From contig JBOFHN010000016.1 of the NCBI GenBank assembly GCA_051649665.1, positions 1 through 42,176 on the forward strand: a DNA stretch of 42,176 nucleotides. The letters are read 5' to 3'. The DNA comes from Culicoidibacterales bacterium. Its GTDB lineage: Bacteria > Bacillota_I > Bacilli_A > Culicoidibacterales > JBOFHN01. This document shows positions 17,853 to 26,526 of this stretch, one piece after another (the stretch's first letter is position 1; each line of letters opens with the position of its first letter). Position numbers and translations under genes: made by a program. Under the pieces are notes generated by a model. It had not been told where the DNA came from. It saw only the letters and a list, made by a program, of their open reading frames with translations, and ran no database searches.

Positions 17853-19259
17853 ATGCAAAATGATTTATCAGCCCGCTTACAGGGTACATTTAAAGAACTT
17901 TCTAAGAAACCACGCATCACAGAAGAAGATATTAAAATCGCATTAAAAGATGTTAGACGTGCGCTTCTTGAAGCCGATGTCAACTATCTTGTTGTGAAGG
18001 CGTTTATGAAATCAATCAGTGAAAAGGTTGAGGGAGAGCAAGTGTGGAAATCGCTTGATCCATCACAGCAAGTGATTAAATTTGTAAATGATGAATTGAC
18101 AACATTGATGGGTGAGGAAAATGTTGGAGTAACATTTGCAAATGGTAGACCAACAGTGTTGATGATGGTCGGTCTTCAAGGTGCTGGTAAGACGACGATG
18201 ACAGGGAAATTAGCTAATTTCCTCCGTAAAAAAGAAGCGAAAAAACCACTTATGATTGCAGCGGATATATACCGTCCAGCAGCAATTGATCAATTAATTA
18301 CACTTGGAAAACAGATTGATGTTGATGTATTTCAACGCGGGAATGAAATGAAACCCGAACAGATTGTAACAGAAGGTTTAGCATTTGCTCGTGAAAACGG
18401 TCATGACCTTGTGTTAATTGATACAGCAGGACGTTTACATATTGATGAAACGTTGATGGGTGAACTTGAAAATATTAAAGCGATTGCACAACCTGATGAA
18501 ATTTTACTCGTGGTTGATGCAATGACAGGTCAAGATGCAGTTAATGTAACCATCCATTTCCATGACTATTTAACACTCACAGGTGCTGTGTTAACTAAAT
18601 TAGATGGTGATGCACGAGGTGGAGCTGCACTTTCAATTCGTCAGATGGCAAGTATTCCAATTAAGTTCATTGGTACTGGTGAGAAATTAAATGAGATTGA
18701 AGCGTTTTATCCTGATCGTATGGCATCGCGTATTCTTGGGATGGGTGATATTATGTCACTCATTGAAAAGGCGGAAGAAGAACTTGATCAAGATTTAAAT
18801 GAGCAAGCTGCTAAAAAAATGATGGAAGGTCGCTTTGATCTCGATGATTTTTTACAACAGATGCAACAGATGAAAAAATTAGGACCACTTGATAAATTAC
18901 TCGGTATGATACCAGGAATGAGTCAACTAGGTAATATAAATATTGATCCGAAACAAATGGTTCGTACAGAAGCGATGATTCAATCAATGACAAAATATGA
19001 ACGACAAAATCCGCATGTCTTTAATTCATCAAGAAAACGCCGTGTTGCGAAAGGTTCAGCTGTAGATGTAAGTGAAGTGAACAAATTACTCAAACAATTT
19101 GAACAATCAAAGAAGATGATGAAGCAAATGGCAGGAATGATGAATGGGGACATGAGCGGAGATCCTATGGAAATGTTGTCAAAACTTGGAAATCAAGGTG
19201 GAATGGCACCACGAGGTGGTCGCGGTGCAGGATTTGGCCGTAATCCATTTAAACGATAG
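17853..19259 (+). CDS. ffh: Signal recognition particle protein Ffh
   Basis: ALLEADV, GLQGAGKTT, DTAGR, TKLDGDARGG, SRILGMGD, Met-rich M domain. Confidence 0.98.
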   Translation: MQNDLSARLQGTFKELSKKPRITEEDIKIALKDVRRALLEADVNYLVVKAFMKSISEKVEGEQVWKSLDPSQQVIKFVNDELTTLMGEENVGVTFANGRPTVLMMVGLQGAGKTTMTGKLANFLRKKEAKKPLMIAADIYRPAAIDQLITLGKQIDVDVFQRGNEMKPEQIVTEGLAFARENGHDLVLIDTAGRLHIDETLMGELENIKAIAQPDEILLVVDAMTGQDAVNVTIHFHDYLTLTGAVLTKLDGDARGGAALSIRQMASIPIKFIGTGEKLNEIEAFYPDRMASRILGMGDIMSLIEKAEEELDQDLNEQAAKKMMEGRFDLDDFLQQMQQMKKLGPLDKLLGMIPGMSQLGNINIDPKQMVRTEAMIQSMTKYERQNPHVFNSSRKRRVAKGSAVDVSEVNKLLKQFEQSKKMMKQMAGMMNGDMSGDPMEMLSKLGNQGGMAPRGGRGAGFGRNPFKR

Positions 19260-19270
19260 GAGTGATTAAA

Positions 19271-19708
19271 ATGGATATGAATATACTCTATATTATTTTA
19301 GCAATTATTGCGATTATCGTTACTGCAGTCGGTGTTATTATTTGGTTGATTTTACAAAAAACCAAACCAATGCGTGATTTTGCTAAACAAGCCAAAGAAG
19401 CACAGAAGGAAATTGAAGCAGAAGAAAAATTAAAAGAAGCACGCGAGGCTCGTCGTCAAGATTTAACGATGAATGAAAGTGGTCAAATTGTTGAAGCACT
19501 CGGTGGTGTTGAAAATATCGATACACTTCGTCAGTGCGCTATACGCATTCGTGTCCAATTACTCGATTATAGTAAAGCAAGTGAGAGTAGTTTGAAGAAA
19601 GCTGGTGTAAGTGGTGTGATTAAAACAGGTAAATCATGGCAACTTATTGTTGGTGACCGAGCTGAAATGATCGTGGAACAAATTAATCAAATGAAGAAAG
19701 ATGTTTAG
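19271..19708 (+). CDS. Stand-alone PTS EIIB (glucose family) domain with N-terminal TM anchor and charged linker
   Basis: ALGG.ENI..L..CAIRIRV.L.D......LKKAG..GV......Q.IVG; hydrophobic N-terminus ILYIILAIIAIIVTAVGVIIWLIL; SD GGAGTG overlaps the ffh stop. Confidence 0.75.
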   Translation: MDMNILYIILAIIAIIVTAVGVIIWLILQKTKPMRDFAKQAKEAQKEIEAEEKLKEAREARRQDLTMNESGQIVEALGGVENIDTLRQCAIRIRVQLLDYSKASESSLKKAGVSGVIKTGKSWQLIVGDRAEMIVEQINQMKKDV

Positions 19709-19722
19709 CATCTTTCTTTTTT
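19694..19722 (+). terminator. Intrinsic terminator closing the ffh operon
   Basis: AAGAAAGATG-TTTAG-CATCTTTCTT followed by TTTT. Confidence 0.75.
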
Positions 19723-19775
19723 ACATTTTAATGTTCAAAAACACAAAAATGATTTTTAAATATAATGAAACATAA

Positions 19776-19804
19776 TTGAAAAATATTCATTTTTCCAGTA
19801 TAAT
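19776..19804 (+). promoter_or_regulatory. SigA promoter of rny
   Basis: TTGAAA 19776-19781, 17 bp, TATAAT 19799-19804. Confidence 0.75.
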
Positions 19805-19845
19805 AAATATGTATACTTTATAGTATACGAGAATGGAGGGTTAAC

Positions 19846-21405
19846 ATGGACGTATTTACGATAGTAATTAGCCTTCTTGGATTATTGTTTGGAACAATTT
19901 GTGGTGGATTTATCACCCGAACACTGATATATAAAAAACTTGAAATTGCAAAAAACAATGCAAAGCAAATTATTCTAAATGCTGAGAATGAAGCAAAATT
20001 AGAATCAAAAAAACTTATTCAAGAAGCCAAAGTAGAGTCGCAAGTTCTTGTTCAAGAAGCCAAAGAACAGGCACAAGAGCAAAAGGAAAATGCGAAAGCG
20101 ATAGAAAATCGCGCGATTGAAATGGAAAAAGGAATTACAAAGTTTTCTGAATTATTAGAAAAAAGAGAATTTCAACTTGAAAAAAAAGAGAATGAATTAC
20201 AAGAGAAAACAGATCTGATCAAAGAACAACATGATCAAGTAAACAATATGATTGAGGAACAAAAAGAGCGTTTATACCGTGTTGCAAATCTCAGTCCTGA
20301 GGATGCAAAAAGCGAATTGTTTCGTAACTTAGAACACGAATTTCAAACAGAAATTGATATTTTATTAAAGCAAAAACAACAAGCCGCAGAAAAAAATATC
20401 GATATTCACGCCAAAGCACTTTTAGTTCAGGCGATGGAACGTTACAGCAGTGATGTAACAACAGAACGTAATGTAGCGGTTGTCCAATTACTCAGCGATG
20501 ATGTAAAAGGGAAAATTATCGGACGTGAGGGTCGTAATATTCGAACATTTGAAGCGTTGACAGGAGCAGATGTTATCATTGATGATACACCTGAGGCAGT
20601 CGTAATTTCGTGTTTTGATCCAATACGACGTGAAATTGCGAAACGAGCACTGGAACAACTTGTTTTAGATGGTCGTATTCATCCAACACGTATTGAGGAA
20701 TTAGTAAATAAATCAAAAGCTGAAGTGGAACGTTTTATCGTTGATAAAGGGGAAACGATAATTGATGAATTAGGAATTGGTGAAGTTTCGAGTATGCTCA
20801 TTGAAGCACTTGGAAAACTCCACTTCCGTACGAGTTACGGTCAAAATATTTTAAGACACTCAATAGAAGTTTCGCATTTATGTGGAATGATGGCATCAGA
20901 ACTTGGTCTTGATGTTCGTATGGCAAAGCGTGCGGGTCTTTTCCACGATATAGGAAAGGCAATTGATTTTGAACAAGAAGGTTCACATGTCGATTTAGGT
21001 GTTGAATTAGCAACAAGTGCACATGAGCCAGAAATTGTCATTAATTCTATTGCTTCTCACCATGGAGATGTCGAGGCAACATCAATTATTGCTTCGCTTG
21101 TTGCAATAGCAGATACACTGAGTGCAGCACGTACTGGTGCACGTAATGAATCACTTGAATTTTATATTCAACGATTAAAAGATTTAGAAGCGATTGCAAA
21201 TGATAATGATGGTGTAGAAAACTCTTTTGCAATTCAAGCCGGACGTGAGTTGCGTGTAATTGTGCAACCAGAAGTGATGAGCGATGCGGAAACACTCCGC
21301 CTTGCTAAAACAATTCGTGAGCGTATTGAAGCTGAAATGCAATATCCAGGAACAGTAAAAATCACTGTTGTCCGTGAAATGCGAGCAATTGAAATAGCAA
21401 AATAA
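19846..21405 (+). CDS. rny: Ribonuclease Y
   Basis: N-terminal TM, coiled coil, KH (KGKIIGREGRNIR), HD (HDIGKA), AIQAGRE.RV. Confidence 0.98.
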   Translation: MDVFTIVISLLGLLFGTICGGFITRTLIYKKLEIAKNNAKQIILNAENEAKLESKKLIQEAKVESQVLVQEAKEQAQEQKENAKAIENRAIEMEKGITKFSELLEKREFQLEKKENELQEKTDLIKEQHDQVNNMIEEQKERLYRVANLSPEDAKSELFRNLEHEFQTEIDILLKQKQQAAEKNIDIHAKALLVQAMERYSSDVTTERNVAVVQLLSDDVKGKIIGREGRNIRTFEALTGADVIIDDTPEAVVISCFDPIRREIAKRALEQLVLDGRIHPTRIEELVNKSKAEVERFIVDKGETIIDELGIGEVSSMLIEALGKLHFRTSYGQNILRHSIEVSHLCGMMASELGLDVRMAKRAGLFHDIGKAIDFEQEGSHVDLGVELATSAHEPEIVINSIASHHGDVEATSIIASLVAIADTLSAARTGARNESLEFYIQRLKDLEAIANDNDGVENSFAIQAGRELRVIVQPEVMSDAETLRLAKTIRERIEAEMQYPGTVKITVVREMRAIEIAK

Positions 21406-21425
21406 AACAGGGGTTTCCCTGTTTT
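21404..21425 (+). terminator. Intrinsic terminator after rny
   Basis: AAAACAGGG-GTTT-CCCTGTTTT. Confidence 0.7.
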
Positions 21426-21446
21426 GCTTATTTGTAGGAGGATACG

Positions 21447-22220
21447 ATGATTAAACATTTATTTTGCGATTTAGACGGTACATTAATTGTAAATCATACC
21501 GTGAGTGAAGAAGATAAAGAAGCCATTCGTCATTTTGTTCAGTCTGGTGGACAATTTCATATTATTACAGGTCGAACACTTGCTGAAATTAATCAATTTA
21601 TTTTGCAAGAAGACATTCCTGTTCAATATTGTATTGGAAATAATGGGTGTGAGATTGTCAAAGATGGAAAAATGTTACTAAAAGAAGAAATTGATTCGAG
21701 TGTTTTAAATACGCTAAAATCACAACTTGAACCATTTGCCAAGCGAGCTAATTTTTTTGAAATTACTTCAAATGGAAATGTTTATTATGCAGATGAAGTG
21801 AAGAGTAAGAAATTTATTCAATATAAAGATGACAATTTGATTGTTGAACCAAATTTATTTCAAATGAATTTTGCAAAACAAGGATTAACGAAAATGTACA
21901 TGGAAGCAGACTGTGAAGTTGTAGCTGATTTTTTAGAAATGCTTGATGAAAATTTTGCTGATTCTATTTCGCATTATGGCGAGATTACCAATGTAAATGT
22001 CGGTCCTAAAGATGTGAGTAAAGGAAGCGCACTTAAATTTTTAGAGACACATTTTGATTTACAAGATTTTGCTGTCATTGGTGATGGTGCAAACGATATT
22101 CCAATGTTTGAAGTAACAGAGCATAGTTTTTCTTTCCATCGAGCGCATTCAATGGTGACAAAACATGCCAATCATCATGTTGAAAGTGTAGCTGAAGCTA
22201 TTGCTTATTTGATGAAGTAA
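21447..22220 (+). CDS. Cof-type HAD-IIB hydrolase
   Basis: DLDGTL, TGR, SKG.AL, GDGANDIPM. Confidence 0.92.
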   Translation: MIKHLFCDLDGTLIVNHTVSEEDKEAIRHFVQSGGQFHIITGRTLAEINQFILQEDIPVQYCIGNNGCEIVKDGKMLLKEEIDSSVLNTLKSQLEPFAKRANFFEITSNGNVYYADEVKSKKFIQYKDDNLIVEPNLFQMNFAKQGLTKMYMEADCEVVADFLEMLDENFADSISHYGEITNVNVGPKDVSKGSALKFLETHFDLQDFAVIGDGANDIPMFEVTEHSFSFHRAHSMVTKHANHHVESVAEAIAYLMK

Positions 22221-22225
22221 ATGCA

Positions 22226-22253
22226 TTGACAGAATATACAAAAATGATATAAT
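22226..22253 (+). promoter_or_regulatory. Strong SigA promoter of the peptidase C26 gene
   Basis: TTGACA 22226-22231, 16 bp, TG-a-TATAAT 22245-22253. Confidence 0.75.
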
Positions 22254-22281
22254 GAAAAATATACAAGGAGGAATAATAGCA

Positions 22282-23013
22282 ATGTCTTTACCAATTATAG
22301 GAATCAGTAGTGGTTTTGAACTGGATCAAAACTATTTATTTAAAGGGTATCCACGTTTAATGTTGAATCGTGATTATCCACGTTCAATTGAACAAGCAGG
22401 AGGAATTCCAATTGTTTTACCGTTAACAGAAAGTTATGAGGTTGCACTTGAACAAGTTCGTGCTGTTGATGCTCTTCTTCTTTCCGGTGGGCAAGATGTC
22501 AATCCACTTATTTATGGACAAGAACCACATGAAAAGTTAGCAAATATTTCTCCAGAGCGAGATACATTCGAAACGCTTTTATTACAAGCAGCTGTCGAAT
22601 TGAAAAAACCGATAATGGGAATTTGTCGTGGATCACAAATTATGAATGTATATTTTGGTGGAACATTATTACAAGATAATAGTTTCAAAGAAGGAGCATA
22701 TATTAAACATGCGCAATCTGCGAATCCACAATTACCAATTCATCATGTGAATGTCGATACAGACTCATTTCTTGGGAAAGCGGTTGGAGAAACAGAATTT
22801 TTAATTAATAGTTTCCACCACCAATCAATTGATCAAGTTGCTCCTGGATTTAAAGCAATAGCTGTTTCAAAAGACGGGATTATTGAAGGAATTGAATCAA
22901 CAAGTGATCATTTTATGTTCGCTGTTCAGTGGCATCCTGAAATGATGAGCCGTGAAAATAAAGCAGCTCAACATATCTTCAAAGCATATGTTGAATATGT
23001 AAAGAACATGTAA
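22282..23013 (+). CDS. Peptidase C26 / gamma-glutamyl-gamma-aminobutyrate hydrolase family (class I glutamine amidotransferase)
   Basis: LLLSGG.DV.P..Y, GICRG.Q, NSFHHQ, VQWHPE (Cys-His-Glu triad); start ATG 22282 after AGGAGG. Confidence 0.92.
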   Translation: MSLPIIGISSGFELDQNYLFKGYPRLMLNRDYPRSIEQAGGIPIVLPLTESYEVALEQVRAVDALLLSGGQDVNPLIYGQEPHEKLANISPERDTFETLLLQAAVELKKPIMGICRGSQIMNVYFGGTLLQDNSFKEGAYIKHAQSANPQLPIHHVNVDTDSFLGKAVGETEFLINSFHHQSIDQVAPGFKAIAVSKDGIIEGIESTSDHFMFAVQWHPEMMSRENKAAQHIFKAYVEYVKNM

Positions 23014-23025
23014 TATAAAATTAGT

Positions 23026-23070
23026 AAACACCTTTTAACTGTTGAATAAACAGATAGGAGGTGTTTTTTT
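23026..23070 (+). terminator. Long terminator hairpin that also sequesters the comGA SD
   Basis: 23026-23043 pairs with 23049-23066 (17 of 18 positions, two G-U, one A-A mismatch), loop GAATA, then T run; 3' arm contains AGGAGGTG. Confidence 0.75.
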
Positions 23071-24052
23071 GAAGGGAAAATTTTTAGAAATTTTGGAGCA
23101 CGCATTGACCAATGAAGCAAGTGATATCCATATCACATCTGTTGGTTCATTGCTTTATGAAGTTCGCTTTCGAACCAAGTATAAGCAACTTGAAACTATG
23201 ATGACACTTGAAAAGTCAGAAGCGCTTCGCTTGATTAATTACATTAAGTTTGTTTCTGACATGAACTTGTCCGCTTATATGATTGAGACAGGTCGCTATA
23301 CGGTACATATTCATAATCGGGATATCGATTTACGTATTTCGAGTGCACCGAGTATGTATAGTGAAAGTATTGTCATTCGCATTATTAGTCATCAGGTGAC
23401 ATTACAATTAGAAAATTTGGCTAATACAGAGTCTCATACGAAGCAATTACAATCATTGACGAATTATGCGCACGGATGTATTTTAATCGGTGGTGCAACA
23501 GGAAGTGGGAAGTCAACGACTTTATATGCACTACTCAATGAATTACAGCTTCAAAGAAAGAATGTTATTACAATAGAAGATCCAATAGAACATCACGTTT
23601 TGGGAATTACACAAATTCAAATTAATGAGCTTGTTGGATATTCCTACGATAGTATTTTTAGACAAATTTTACGTCATGATCCTGATGTTGTTGTATTTGG
23701 AGAAATTCGTGATGAAATTGCAGCTAAAATTGCTATTCGCTGTGCGCTAACTGGACATTTGGTTTTAGCGACCATTCATGCGCATTCAACAGATGTTGTT
23801 TATGAACGAATGCGCGAGTTTGGTATTTCAACAAGGGCACTTGAAAATAGTGTTTGTGCGATTACACATCAAACTCTCAAATATAATCAAGGTAAGAAAT
23901 TTGCTGATTATACATTTGATGTAAAGACAGATTTGCAAGAAATGATTCTGCCAATGATGAAAGGAGATGGATTAAGAGCAAGATTGCGTGAGGAGGGATT
24001 GTTGTATGATTCGATTCAAAAAGAAGAAGCAAACGAGGAAGGAACAAATTGA
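23069..24052 (+). CDS. comGA: Competence pilus assembly ATPase ComGA
   Basis: ASDIHI, GATGSGKST, TIEDPIE, LRHDPD...GEIRD, LTGHLV..TIH; start TTG 23069 after AGGAGGTG. Confidence 0.9.
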   Translation: MKGKFLEILEHALTNEASDIHITSVGSLLYEVRFRTKYKQLETMMTLEKSEALRLINYIKFVSDMNLSAYMIETGRYTVHIHNRDIDLRISSAPSMYSESIVIRIISHQVTLQLENLANTESHTKQLQSLTNYAHGCILIGGATGSGKSTTLYALLNELQLQRKNVITIEDPIEHHVLGITQIQINELVGYSYDSIFRQILRHDPDVVVFGEIRDEIAAKIAIRCALTGHLVLATIHAHSTDVVYERMREFGISTRALENSVCAITHQTLKYNQGKKFADYTFDVKTDLQEMILPMMKGDGLRARLREEGLLYDSIQKEEANEEGTN

Positions 24053-25040
24053 ATTACTTGAATATATGTATGATTTAATCGAAGGGGGATATAGTTTAAA
24101 ACAAGCACTTGGATTTTTAGAAACAATGGTTCCGAGTAAAGTGGTATATACTCAAATATTACAAATATTTGAAGAAGGGAGAAATTTTTCTGAAGTATTA
24201 TATCTCCTTGAATATCCACATATGATTCAGACCATTATTCAATTTGGTGAGCGAAGTGGAATGTTGCATAATTCGCTTAAACGGAGTGTACATTATTTAA
24301 AAGATATGATGATGCTTCGTCAAAAATTAATGAAAAAAATTCAATATCCAGCATTTATTTTAGCTGCAGCACTTTTATTCGTTTTTGGTTTTCGCTTTTT
24401 TTTGTTGCCACAAATTGTAAATATTCAACAGATGATTGGAAAACAAGAAGCGAGTATTACATCGAAAATTGTGCTGACATTGTTAAATGTATTGCCTTAT
24501 AATATATTGACTTGTTTGACGTTGTTTTGTTTGAGTTTTACATTTGTTGCTTATTTATATAAAAGACATAATAGTCAATGGTTTTACCTTTTACTAAAAG
24601 TCCCTTTTATACGTACTATCGCAGTACTTTGGAATCAATTACAGATGACAATGCTCACCCGTCTGTTTTTTGAACAAGGATATGGTGTAAAGCGATTGTT
24701 TGAGGAAATGCAAAAAGATGGATATCCGTGTCATATCAAAAAGCAAGCAGAGCATATTTATCATCATTTAAGTGAGGGAAATACATATCAACAATCATTG
24801 AAAATGTGCAAAATTTATTCGAAAGATTACCTTCGAGTTATTCAAAGAGGACTTGCGAATAAAACAATTAATGTTGATTTAGCATTTTATGAAAGATATG
24901 CACAAAAACAGTTGGAGCGTTTGTTCAATAAAGGAGTAAAGGTTGTTTTACCGGTGCTCTATGTACATGTTGGATTACTCATTGTTTTATCATATCTGGC
25001 ATTTGTACTTCCGATGCTGGATCTACTTGGAACAATTTAG
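24006..25040 (+). CDS. comGB: Competence pilus platform protein ComGB (T2SSF/PilC family)
   Basis: GYSL..AL, GE.SG.L, K.IQYP, LP(M); follows comGA; start ATG 24006 after GAGGAGG. Confidence 0.85.
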   Translation: MIRFKKKKQTRKEQIELLEYMYDLIEGGYSLKQALGFLETMVPSKVVYTQILQIFEEGRNFSEVLYLLEYPHMIQTIIQFGERSGMLHNSLKRSVHYLKDMMMLRQKLMKKIQYPAFILAAALLFVFGFRFFLLPQIVNIQQMIGKQEASITSKIVLTLLNVLPYNILTCLTLFCLSFTFVAYLYKRHNSQWFYLLLKVPFIRTIAVLWNQLQMTMLTRLFFEQGYGVKRLFEEMQKDGYPCHIKKQAEHIYHHLSEGNTYQQSLKMCKIYSKDYLRVIQRGLANKTINVDLAFYERYAQKQLERLFNKGVKVVLPVLYVHVGLLIVLSYLAFVLPMLDLLGTI

Positions 25041-25057
25041 AAAATGGAGGGAATGAA

Positions 25058-25369
25058 ATGAGAAAAATATATAAAAAAAGATTAGGTGCATTTACACTTA
25101 TTGAAATGCTGATTGTACTTTTAATTATTTCGGTTCTACTGATGCTTATCGTACCAAATATTATCAAACAGCAGGCTTCGATTAATAAAAAGGGATGTGA
25201 AGCATATGTGACGGTTGTGGAAAGTCAATCACAAATATATCAGCTCGAGCATTCTGGGATGAAGCCGAGTATTGATACGTTGTATCAAGAACAATATATT
25301 AAAAGTAAAACGTGTCCAGATGGAAGTGCAATTAGTATAGATGGATCAGGTCATGTTCAAAAGGCATAA
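25058..25369 (+). CDS. comGC: Major competence pilin ComGC
   Basis: Class III signal A/FTLIEMLIVLLIISVLL..IVPNI; two Cys (KGCEA, KTCPDG). Confidence 0.93.
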   Translation: MRKIYKKRLGAFTLIEMLIVLLIISVLLMLIVPNIIKQQASINKKGCEAYVTVVESQSQIYQLEHSGMKPSIDTLYQEQYIKSKTCPDGSAISIDGSGHVQKA

Positions 25370-25751
25370 GGTGAGTGGTTTTCAACTTGTAGAAGCTATT
25401 TTTACACTATTTATATTAAGTTTGTTATTTGCTATTTGCACACTTCCAGTAAGTCATTTGAATCATCTTCGATTGAAAGATGGTGATTTAGTATTACGTA
25501 TACTGACCCGTGAGCAAAAGCAAGCATTTTTACTGAAAGAAGCAGTACAAATTAATCTGAGTAATAAAATGATTCGAGTAGATAAAAAGAGTGATCATTA
25601 TACGATACCTTTACAAGTTGGGTGCCAAAGTAATTTTGAAAATCAAAATATCGGATTAACAGAAAATGGAACATGGTATAGAGGAGGGAGTGTTTGGTGT
25701 GGAATGCAAACAGTCATTATTGGGATTGGACAAAGTACACCACGGATTTAA
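25353..25751 (+). CDS. comGD: Minor pilin ComGD
   Basis: G/FQLVE prepilin motif plus hydrophobic helix; position after comGC. Confidence 0.7.
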   Translation: MFKRHKVSGFQLVEAIFTLFILSLLFAICTLPVSHLNHLRLKDGDLVLRILTREQKQAFLLKEAVQINLSNKMIRVDKKSDHYTIPLQVGCQSNFENQNIGLTENGTWYRGGSVWCGMQTVIIGIGQSTPRI

Positions 25752-25770
25752 ACAACGTTGTAGCGGAATT

Positions 25771-26022
25771 GTGACAATACTTGCTATTCAAGATTTTATG
25801 ATGTGCTGTACACTTTGTGTGATGTGTTTGTTCATCTTACAATTGTTAATTACAAGCAATCACTTAAAAGAGGAGAAAAAGCATTATGAAGTGTTGTATT
25901 ACTATATGCAGACAAAGACGATTACAGATCGGAAAAATTATCAGGCGATACAGTCATGTGTCGAGCATATTCCGACGAAAAAACGTCTTTGTGCGACGGA
26001 TAAACGCATTTTTCATGCTTGA
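25771..26022 (+). CDS. comGE: Probable minor pilin ComGE (divergent; start uncertain)
   Basis: Position between comGD and comGF and one N-terminal hydrophobic helix; no canonical prepilin cleavage motif. Confidence 0.45.
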   Translation: MTILAIQDFMMCCTLCVMCLFILQLLITSNHLKEEKKHYEVLYYYMQTKTITDRKNYQAIQSCVEHIPTKKRLCATDKRIFHA

Positions 26023-26398
26023 TACCATAGTAGGAGTAGGTGTTATGTTTTTGGTATTGAGTATGTTTACATCAATATTTTTTATGTTCAGTCAGATGCA
26101 TTTTAAGCAAAAGCACGAAATTTGTGATTCATTTTATTTAGCGATGAAGTTAAATCAGCTAGGAGAACATACGATATGGAAATTTGATAATGAAAAGAAA
26201 ATTACAACCGATGAGGTTGTTATAGATGTTGATGAAATTGGCAGATTAATTAAGCGATCACATCATTCAGGCTATGAATATATGGGAACATGTCCCAATG
26301 TGAGTTTTCAAAAGGAAGGTGATGATATTCAAATGGTATTTCACAAAACAAATGAAAAGGAGGAAGAAGTATATCGACTTATTCAAAAAAAGGAGTGA
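25991..26398 (+). CDS. comGF: Minor pilin ComGF
   Basis: GTG start, RRINA/FFMLD prepilin-like motif, TM helix, LIKR....GYE motif. Confidence 0.65.
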   Translation: MRRINAFFMLDTIVGVGVMFLVLSMFTSIFFMFSQMHFKQKHEICDSFYLAMKLNQLGEHTIWKFDNEKKITTDEVVIDVDEIGRLIKRSHHSGYEYMGTCPNVSFQKEGDDIQMVFHKTNEKEEEVYRLIQKKE

Positions 26399-26522
26399 TG
26401 GATTTTTCCAATTGTGTATTTTAGCGTTAATTGGTATAATAGGAGTAGCGATAAATATTGAAGTGGTTGAGATACGCCAACTCAAACAGGAAATTCAGAT
26501 AATCAAAAAATGGATGGAGTGA
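26352..26522 (+). CDS. comGG: Probable short ComGG-like pilin
   Basis: Basic N-terminus, KKRSDG/FFQL, hydrophobic helix; last gene before aroK; only about 56 aa. Confidence 0.45.
   Translation: MKRRKKYIDLFKKRSDGFFQLCILALIGIIGVAINIEVVEIRQLKQEIQIIKKWME
26412..26440 (+). promoter_or_regulatory. Internal SigA promoter inside comGG for aroK-aroQ-peptidase
   Basis: TTGTGT 26412-26417, 17 bp, TG-g-TATAAT 26432-26440. Confidence 0.6.
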
Positions 26523-26526
26523 TAGA

